Below, piece after piece: positions 55,271 to 61,884 of a stretch of DNA of 64,000 nucleotides. Under the pieces are notes generated by a model that saw nothing but the letters and a program-made list of their open reading frames with translations, made no database searches and had not been told where the DNA came from. Source of the stretch: Methanomassiliicoccales archaeon (GTDB taxonomy: Archaea > Thermoplasmatota > Thermoplasmata > Methanomassiliicoccales > UBA472); contig JAPKYJ010000003.1 of the NCBI GenBank assembly GCA_026394375.1, positions 33,846-97,845 of the forward strand, read 5' to 3'. Both the position numbers and the translations under genes were made by a program. Positions within the stretch are counted from its first letter, which is position 1; each line of letters begins with the position of its first letter.

Positions 55271-57694
55271 ATGAGGGGCACGTTCTGCATAGTCGCCTTG
55301 TTTTTCATCCTCCCCACCATGCACGTCGCCCTCTCATCACCTAGCGCTTCCGGTGAGATGATGCAGGAACGCTCCCTTGACTACGGTCTTGTGCGCATCC
55401 ATGCCATCCTTCCGGATTTCGCCTGTGAGTCGGTGACCATCATCAACCTGGGCAAGGGGACGGTGGACCTGGATCGATGGACGGTCTCCGACGGCGAAGG
55501 ATGGCTCACTTTCCGAGCGGGCGTTGTCCTGGGACCCGAGGAGAGGCTCTCGCTCTGCTCCAATTCTTCTATGCAGCTCCGGCTGGATCCAGGGGTACGC
55601 GCCATCTCCTTCGTTTCGACCGAGCTGGATAGGAAGGGGCGATTCGCCCTGGCCGACCAAGGCGATGAGGTCCAGCTTCTGGGGGCGGATGGTTCTTTGC
55701 AGGACGTCATTCCATATGGTGCGACGGAGCACCAAGGACCAGGGTGGGTAGGCCCGCCGGTGGCCAAGCCGGGCCCGGGGCGGTGGCTGGTCCGGACCGG
55801 AGGCTCGGACACGGACAGCTCGATCGATTGGCTTGCTGGGACGCCGGGGCGCTCGAACTTCGATGAGGAATATCGAGAGGCTTATGTGGAGCCTTTCCTC
55901 TGTCCAGACAACGCTAGATCGAGGTTGCTGCGGGAGATCCACTACGCACAGAAGAACGTGAGCATCGCCATCTACGAGATCGGGGATGAGGCGGTGGGCA
56001 GAGAGCTGCTCCGAGCGAGGGCGCGAGGAGTGGAAGTCCGCCTGTTGGTGGAAGGACAGCCGGTGGGCGGCATCCCTTCGACCGAGACCCGTCTGCTATC
56101 TGCTCTACAGGCCCACGGCTGCGACGTGCACCTGATCAAAGCCTTCGACGGCTATCGGCGGTACGACTTCGTGCACTGCAAATATGCGGTCATCGACGCC
56201 CGTCGCCTATTGGTCACATCAGAGAACTGGATGCATGATTCGCTGAACGGCAACCGAGGATGGGGCGTGAGCGTGGAGGACGAGTCCCTAGCCAGATACT
56301 TCCTCAGGGTCTTCGAGGCTGATTACTCATTAGACCGTTTGGACGTGGTCCGTCCGGAATTCAGTGAACCCTTTGAGCTGGCATCCGGTCCAGGATGGCA
56401 AGGGGACGATGGGAACGAGCCATCTCCGGCCTCTTGGGCAGGCGTAACCACAGTCCTCTCTCCGGAGAATTCCTTGGAAATCCTGCGGGGCATGGTGAGA
56501 AGCGCTAGCACGAGGGTTCTGGTGGAGCAATTCTACTGCGAACCCGCGTTGCTCCATGACGACGGTTTGGTTTCCGACCTGCTGGAGGTGGCCCGTCGTG
56601 GCGTCCTGGTCCAGGTGCTGCTTGACGGCTCCTGGTACAACACGGGGGATGGCGGTAAGAACTCTGAGGTGGTGAAGTATTTGGGCAACCTGGCAGAGAG
56701 CTTTCAACTTCCAAACCTCCAAGCGCGCCTCTCCACCCCGTACCATGGCTTCGAGGTCATCCACAACAAGGGGATGATCGTCGATGACTCGGTGCTGGTT
56801 TCCAGCATCAATTGGGGCAGCGGGCCGTTCGATCGCAACCGCGAGGTCGGTCTCATGATCGAATCCGGGCCGGTAGCGGATTTCTTCGCTCATGCTTTCG
56901 AGGGGGACTGGGTGCCTGATCCGAGCCTGCCAGCCATCATCGATATCCCAGATTCGGTGGACCTGGCCGCTGGATTGCACCTGGTGCTCAACGCCAGCAA
57001 TTGCTACGATCCCGCGGGCATCGTATCCTATTTGTGGGACGTGGGCGCGGACGGCAGCTGCGAATGGAATGGAGCCTTGTGCTACCTGGAAATCACCGGC
57101 GATGTTCTGGTCAGGCTGACCGTGGTCGATAGCTACAACAACACCGCCAGCAAGGACATCAGGGTGCATGTTATCCGCTCTCAGGCCATCGTCTCCGATG
57201 GTTCGATCTACCTGACGCTCTTGGCGAGCATTCCCTTGGTCTGGGCAGCGCGGAAAAGGATTAAGAGGAATCGCACCGATGGCGAGCGCCGTGCGGCTCC
57301 GTCCCTTCGAGCACCGCGACCTCGGGCAGGTGTACAACCTGGCCTGCAAGGCGCTCAACGAGACCTACTCCATCACGGTGTTCACCGATCTCTACGCCTA
57401 CTGGCCAGGAGGATTGATCGTATTGGAGGAGGGTGGGGACATCATCGGGTTCGTCTTCGGCATCATGGTCTCTCGGGCGGAGGCGCGCATCCTCATGTTG
57501 GCCGTCGAACCTCCACATCGAATGAGAGGGCTAGGCAGCCTGCTCTACCGGTCGTTCGAGCGGGAGTGCGCCAACAAGGGCATCAGGACCGTGGGCCTGG
57601 AGGTGCGAGTGAGCAACCTCCCCGCCATAAGGTTCTACCAGAAGCTGGGGTTCCAGATCACGGGAAGGATCGATTCGTACTACACAAACGGTGA
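55271..57694 (+). CDS. Membrane-anchored extracellular LTD + dual-HKD phospholipase-D/nuclease-like + PKD-domain protein (3' extension suspicious)
   Basis: Signal MRGTFCIVALFFILP. A lamin-tail-like segment (VTIINLGKGTVDLDRWTVSDGEG). HKD motifs HCKYAVIDARRLLVTSENW and HNKGMIVDDSVLVSSINW. A PKD-like segment. A TM ending WAARKRIKRN at ~57270. The ORF has no stop until 57694. Confidence 0.75.
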   Translation: MRGTFCIVALFFILPTMHVALSSPSASGEMMQERSLDYGLVRIHAILPDFACESVTIINLGKGTVDLDRWTVSDGEGWLTFRAGVVLGPEERLSLCSNSSMQLRLDPGVRAISFVSTELDRKGRFALADQGDEVQLLGADGSLQDVIPYGATEHQGPGWVGPPVAKPGPGRWLVRTGGSDTDSSIDWLAGTPGRSNFDEEYREAYVEPFLCPDNARSRLLREIHYAQKNVSIAIYEIGDEAVGRELLRARARGVEVRLLVEGQPVGGIPSTETRLLSALQAHGCDVHLIKAFDGYRRYDFVHCKYAVIDARRLLVTSENWMHDSLNGNRGWGVSVEDESLARYFLRVFEADYSLDRLDVVRPEFSEPFELASGPGWQGDDGNEPSPASWAGVTTVLSPENSLEILRGMVRSASTRVLVEQFYCEPALLHDDGLVSDLLEVARRGVLVQVLLDGSWYNTGDGGKNSEVVKYLGNLAESFQLPNLQARLSTPYHGFEVIHNKGMIVDDSVLVSSINWGSGPFDRNREVGLMIESGPVADFFAHAFEGDWVPDPSLPAIIDIPDSVDLAAGLHLVLNASNCYDPAGIVSYLWDVGADGSCEWNGALCYLEITGDVLVRLTVVDSYNNTASKDIRVHVIRSQAIVSDGSIYLTLLASIPLVWAARKRIKRNRTDGERRAAPSLRAPRPRAGVQPGLQGAQRDLLHHGVHRSLRLLARRIDRIGGGWGHHRVRLRHHGLSGGGAHPHVGRRTSTSNERARQPALPVVRAGVRQQGHQDRGPGGASEQPPRHKVLPEAGVPDHGKDRFVLHKR

Positions 57695-57725
57695 GGACGC
57701 CTACCGCATGCAGACCTTCTTCTAG
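57279..57725 (+). CDS. rimI: GNAT N-acetyltransferase (RimI-like)
   Basis: 148 aa. ILMLAVEPPHRMRGLGSLLYRSFE...IRFYQKLGF is the acetyl-CoA-binding core. Confidence 0.85.
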   Translation: MASAVRLRPFEHRDLGQVYNLACKALNETYSITVFTDLYAYWPGGLIVLEEGGDIIGFVFGIMVSRAEARILMLAVEPPHRMRGLGSLLYRSFERECANKGIRTVGLEVRVSNLPAIRFYQKLGFQITGRIDSYYTNGEDAYRMQTFF

Positions 57726-57726
57726 G

Positions 57727-59289
57727 TCAATGGAACATCTTGTCGTCGCCATGCTCGTTCCAGAAGTAGTATGGCGACTTCTCTTTCTGCGAGGAGGATA
57801 TGTCCGAACCGAGACCTTTGGCATAGGAGCCGTAGCGGTCCTTGATCTGCTCCTCGATGGAGCGGTTGCGCTTGATCGCTTCCTCGATATGCTTGCGGTC
57901 GATGAGCTTCTCCCCTTCCATCGAAGCCAGGTCGCCAGCCGCTCGAATGAGGCCTCCAAGCTCTCTGAGTCTGACGGTCAGGGAGTTGCTCTGGCCATCG
58001 ATCACCTTGGCCCGGCGCTTGGCCTCGTGCAGGATGGCGTGCACCGCTTCGATGGTCGCAGGCGGTATCTTCCCGTCCACGGCGATCTCCTGCGCCACGA
58101 ACTGAGCCACCCGGGCGCGGTTTGTCTCGCTATCCTCCATGGTGGTCTTGACCAGCACCTCGTATCCGTTGCCGTTGATGCGCGAGCGAAGAGGAGAGAG
58201 CACCAGTTCTAGGTCCTGGATGTTGCAGGCGCCTACGAGAATAAAATCGCAGGGCACGTTCTCCACTTTGACGCTTGCGCCCGAGCTCTGAGGATTGCGG
58301 CCGGTGATAGGAAAGCGCCTCTCCTGCATTGCGGTGAGGATGTATCTCTGAAGGTGCCCAAGATGCGATAGCTCGTCGATGAAGAGCACTCCCTGATGCG
58401 CCTCCTGGATAGCGCCTGCGATCACTCGTTCATATGGCTGAGTTCCCAGCTGCGGATGCCCGCCATAAGGGTCGTGGCGCACGTCGCCCAGGAGCTCGGT
58501 CTCGCTCGCTCCGGTGGCTAGCACGAATGGATTTCGCTCCAGGGGCACGATGACCTTGCGCGGTCTGATCTTCTCCAGCTCGCGCCGCTTCTCCAGGGCC
58601 GCCTGGTCCAACACCCGGATCATCTCGCCGGTGCGCTCGAACACCACCACCTCCTCCTTGCCGAAGCGGTTGCGGGTGGTGGTGACTCGGTCCTTGCCAG
58701 CCCCTCCCAGCTGCATCTGTCCTCCGGCCAATCCGGCCTCCAGCAGCCCGGTCATGATGTCGCCAAAAGGAGTTCCGGTGGCGCTCGCGTCCCCTGTCTT
58801 TGGTTTCTGGCACTTATTGCAGAAACGTTCCCTGTAAGAAGAATAATGGCCGCAGTTGCGGCACCTATAACCCAGTCTCTCGGCCACGTTCACTGGCGCA
58901 TTCTTGGGATCGACCAGGTCCCCGGAGGCGAACTCCTTCGATTGGTATTCGCTCCTCACCTCGACATCCTTCTTGACCTCGACCAGCGGTCGTTCCGGAT
59001 TCTCTGGGTTATGCACCACCCTTATCTCTTCTGTGGGGACGGAGAGATAGAGGGCGAGGGCTTGGGCGATCATGCTCTTGCCCGTGCCCGGTGGTCCGAC
59101 CAACAGCAGATGCCTGCGTTGGGTGGCGGCGATCTTGGCCAAGGCCACGGCCTCTTCCTGACCGATGACCCGCATGAGCGGGTCCTGAGGGATCTTTATG
59201 TCCGAAGTGGTGGAGATCGCCTTCAGGTCGGGGAGCTTCGCGCCTTGTGCCTTCATGGCCGTCCTCAGTTCAGGTCTTCCTTGGTCCAC
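57727..59289 (-). CDS. LonB-like AAA+ ATPase without recognisable protease domain, with inserted zinc ribbon
   Basis: [32 protein letters not shown] (Walker A), GVLFIDEL (Walker B), insert [18 protein letters not shown]. No Ser-Lys protease module in the last ~120 aa. The start may be 59256. Confidence 0.75.
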   Translation of the reverse strand: MDQGRPELRTAMKAQGAKLPDLKAISTTSDIKIPQDPLMRVIGQEEAVALAKIAATQRRHLLLVGPPGTGKSMIAQALALYLSVPTEEIRVVHNPENPERPLVEVKKDVEVRSEYQSKEFASGDLVDPKNAPVNVAERLGYRCRNCGHYSSYRERFCNKCQKPKTGDASATGTPFGDIMTGLLEAGLAGGQMQLGGAGKDRVTTTRNRFGKEEVVVFERTGEMIRVLDQAALEKRRELEKIRPRKVIVPLERNPFVLATGASETELLGDVRHDPYGGHPQLGTQPYERVIAGAIQEAHQGVLFIDELSHLGHLQRYILTAMQERRFPITGRNPQSSGASVKVENVPCDFILVGACNIQDLELVLSPLRSRINGNGYEVLVKTTMEDSETNRARVAQFVAQEIAVDGKIPPATIEAVHAILHEAKRRAKVIDGQSNSLTVRLRELGGLIRAAGDLASMEGEKLIDRKHIEEAIKRNRSIEEQIKDRYGSYAKGLGSDISSSQKEKSPYYFWNEHGDDKMFH

Positions 59290-60722
59290 ACTTCCACGTT
59301 GGCCGGTTGCTTGGTGATATTGCCCATCTTGGCTCCGATGATGGTGCCGATCTTCTTGTCCGCGGCGATGTCCAGTATGCGCTGGGTTATGATGCCGTCG
59401 AAGACGATGGCGCTCAGCCCTTCCATTCCTTCCTTCAGGGTGTTCACGAGCTCTTTGACAGGCACCTCTTTCATCACGGCGCCGTTGGCGCCGATGAGCC
59501 TGGCCTTGGACGTGGCCGAAAGCTCATTGATGATGCCCTTGTACTTCTCTTGGGCGGCGTTGAGCTTCTTGGCCGGACCCTTAAGCTCCCGAGGCTCTTC
59601 CGCGGTTCCGGTTGGCTCGGCCCTTTCCACGCGCTCCTGGCGTTCCTGACGCTCAGGCCGCTCCTGTCTCTCGGACCGTTCTTGCCTTTCTGGCCTCTCC
59701 TGTCGTTCCGGGCGCTCCTGGCGTTCAGGTTTCTCCTGCTTCTGCTCCGGGCGCTGCTGCTCTTGTCGAGGCTCGGGCTTCTCCGGGCGCTCCGGCCGAT
59801 CGGACTTCTCGCCACGATCGGCCTTCTCCTCGATCTCCGTGCGCTTCAGAGCGGCCTTCTCCCCGTTGCGGGACATGACCTGGTCGCCCTCCAGGCCGAA
59901 CATCTCGATGAACTGTTCCGCCGGCACCTTGTTGCGCAGGCACTTCATGATCTGCTTCTGGGTCAGTTCCTCTACCTCGAGACCGCGCGGGGCGCGAGCA
60001 ACGAAGTCCACCTCCGCCACCTGGAACAGTTCACGCAGGATGAGCTCTCCACCCCGGTCCCCGTCCACGAAGGCTGTGATGACCCTTTCCTTCGAAAGAT
60101 CGCTGATGCTCTTGGGGATGTTCGTCCCCTCCACCGCGATGGCGTTCTTGATGCCGGATTTGAGCAGGTTGAGCACGTCCGACCGGCCTTCCACGACGAT
60201 GATGGCGTCCGATTCCGGTACGTTCGGACCGGCTGGCAGCCGCTCCTTGCCGAAGTAGATGACCTCTTCCACCTGCACCGACTGCCGCACGCTCTCCGTG
60301 AGGTCGATGCCGCTGGTCTTGGACTGCTTGATGAGGTCGGTGAGCAGGTCCCTAGCTCTTTCGATGATCTTTTGCCTCTTGCTGATCCTCACGTCCTCGA
60401 TGCTCTCGACCGCGATCTTGGCCCTGCACGGGCCTACTCGATCGATGGTCTCCAGGGCGGAAGCGAGGATGACGGTCTCCACTTGGTCCAGGGAGGAGGG
60501 GATGAGCACATCGCCCTCGGATTTGCCCTGCTTGGAGTGCACGTCGACCTCGATCCTGCCTATCCTGCCGCTCTTCTGCAGGTCGCGCAGGTCGAGCTCG
60601 TCCCCGAGCAGGCCTTCCGTCTGCCCGAAGATTGCGCCGACCACGTCAGGTTTCTCCACTATGCCGTCAGCGTTCAGTCTTGCCTTTATTAAGTACTTGG
60701 TAGTACTGGGATCGATATTCAT
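59265..60722 (-). CDS. dnaG: Archaeal DnaG-type primase (TOPRIM)
   Basis: The N-terminus [40 protein letters not shown] is characteristic. TOPRIM segment [10 protein letters not shown]...FVDGDRGGE. Confidence 0.92.
   Translation of the reverse strand: MNIDPSTTKYLIKARLNADGIVEKPDVVGAIFGQTEGLLGDELDLRDLQKSGRIGRIEVDVHSKQGKSEGDVLIPSSLDQVETVILASALETIDRVGPCRAKIAVESIEDVRISKRQKIIERARDLLTDLIKQSKTSGIDLTESVRQSVQVEEVIYFGKERLPAGPNVPESDAIIVVEGRSDVLNLLKSGIKNAIAVEGTNIPKSISDLSKERVITAFVDGDRGGELILRELFQVAEVDFVARAPRGLEVEELTQKQIMKCLRNKVPAEQFIEMFGLEGDQVMSRNGEKAALKRTEIEEKADRGEKSDRPERPEKPEPRQEQQRPEQKQEKPERQERPERQERPERQERSERQERPERQERQERVERAEPTGTAEEPRELKGPAKKLNAAQEKYKGIINELSATSKARLIGANGAVMKEVPVKELVNTLKEGMEGLSAIVFDGIITQRILDIAADKKIGTIIGAKMGNITKQPANVEVWTKEDLN
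59620..59830 (-). repeat. Imperfect 18-nt (hexapeptide PERQER-like) tandem repeats inside dnaG
   Basis: The protein reads [36 protein letters not shown] within a ~70-aa E/R/P/Q-only tract. Confidence 0.8.
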
Positions 60723-61211
60723 TGGTCACACCTTTTGTTTGTTCTCGGTTGGGAAAAACAGTCCGCAGACCTTGTCCGGTCTAGCTGCCGCCTTCGCGCT
60801 TCCGGTCACCTGGACCGAACGCGCTCTGGTCGAATCTACCCCTATGGTATCCTATGCAAGGATATGATGACTGGGTGATAGTGATCATGATTATGCACTA
60901 ACCGGGCGTCAACCCGGAGTGTTCTTCCTGCCCTTTAGTTCCCGATGCTAAATATATAGTTTTCGGCGATAGAAGCGATTGCACGGGTTATCGTCGGGGT
61001 TCGAACCGAGCGATCTGCTTATCGGTTGGAGTGCATGGGGTTGAGGATGAGCGGTTCTCAGCTCTCGGCGGCATGGCGCATGGGAAAGCCGTTCGTGGTG
61101 CTCGCAGGTGGATGGCACACCCATGACCGGTTCCTTCTTCATGGGAGCGGTTTTCATCGCCGCGACTATAAGTTGGGCTCTAGCAGCCTATCTATGAGCT
61201 GATCTTCAGCA

Positions 61212-61415
61212 TCAGCCGCCAGAGGCGACCTTTAGAATTCGGAGCAGATCGCCTTCGACCAGGACATAGGTCAAGGGAACGGGTCTCGCGCCGATCATCA
61301 CGATGTGCGCATCCGGGAAGAGGCCGAGCTGCCGCAGGAGATCCTCGATCGTCGCACCTTCGCTCAACTGCACCGGTTTGGTTTCCTCTCCCTTCTGAAT
61401 TCTTACGGACGGCAT
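61212..61415 (-). CDS. ThiS/MoaD/SAMP-like ubiquitin-fold protein ending in Gly-Gly
   Basis: 67 aa. MPSVRIQKGEETKPVQLSEGATIEDLLRQLG...VLVEGDLLRILKVASGG*, with a C-terminal GG immediately before the stop. Confidence 0.7.
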   Translation of the reverse strand: MPSVRIQKGEETKPVQLSEGATIEDLLRQLGLFPDAHIVMIGARPVPLTYVLVEGDLLRILKVASGG

Positions 61416-61539
61416 GCAGAGCCCTACATGAAGGAGAACGCTCCCTAGAATTTACCGTTTTCGCGTGGGTCCGATGAGCCAAGCGCAATGAAGCATCGAT
61501 AGAAGCTAGAAATAGATGTATGTCATTGGCAGAAGCCGC

Positions 61540-61647
61540 GCCGAGGTAGCCTAGCCCGGAAAGGCGGTAGCCTCGAATGGACGTTTGATCTCCGAGCGAG
61601 CTACTGGCGGTAACGCCTCGGGAGTTCGAATCTCTCACTCGGCGCCA
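61540..61647 (+). tRNA. tRNA-Ser (CGA) with 21-nt canonical-position intron (61578-61598), CCA encoded
   Basis: Hand-folded. Acceptor GCCGAGG/ACTCGGC (G7-A66 mismatch). D-arm GCCT/AGGC. Anticodon stem GTAGC/GCTAC with loop CTCGAA|intron|A. Long variable arm GGCG-GTAA-CGCC. T-arm GGGAG-TTCGAAT-CTCTC. G73. The intron segment CGAG pairs with CTCG of the anticodon loop. Confidence 0.88.
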
Positions 61648-61800
61648 TTCACTCTCCTTTCAGGTCTGGGCGATCTTGGCGCATCGTTCATGACTTGGAC
61701 CTTCCGTGTTATTCTTTCTGATAGTGTTAGAGAATGCACCGGGGCAGGCTATCCAGCTATGCGGGGGCTTGCATCGGCATTTGCGACCAGCGTGCCATAC

Positions 61801-61808
61801 TTTAAATA
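61801..61808 (+). promoter_or_regulatory. Archaeal TATA box candidate (TTTAAATA) for the surface-protein gene
   Basis: Near-consensus TATA in an AT-rich stretch, 77 nt upstream of the ATG at 61885. Confidence 0.35.
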
Positions 61809-61884
61809 CTATGATAAAAATTGGTGTAATCCAAGAGAAACTTCCAGGACCACTGGAGAGTTTCAAGGGAAAGGGATGTTACAG

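Noticed and set aside
59620-59830. Possible CRISPR-like or satellite repeat.
   Set aside because: The units are 18 nt, contiguous (no spacers) and in frame inside dnaG. It is a coding low-complexity tract, not a CRISPR array.
60783-60810. The minus-strand string GGUGACCGGAAGCGCGAAGGCGGCAGCU resembles the SRP RNA helix-8 motif (..CCGGAAGG.AGCAGC..).
   Set aside because: The bases flanking the GGAA tetraloop do not pair (C-G, then C-C). The segment instead folds into a different long hairpin (60795-60824). I kept it only as a prompt to run a covariance-model search.
60996-61010. T-loop-like GGGGTTCGAACCGAG suggesting a tRNA.
   Set aside because: On neither strand could I build a 5-bp T-stem with a 7-nt loop. 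I also found no adjacent acceptor, D-arm or anticodon arm.
60948-61157. 69-aa minus-strand ORF (MKTAPMKKEPVMGVPSTCEHHERL...) inside the dnaG-upstream gap.
   Set aside because: Its composition is not convincingly protein-like, and it coincides with the strongly self-complementary segment. An RNA explanation is at least as likely.
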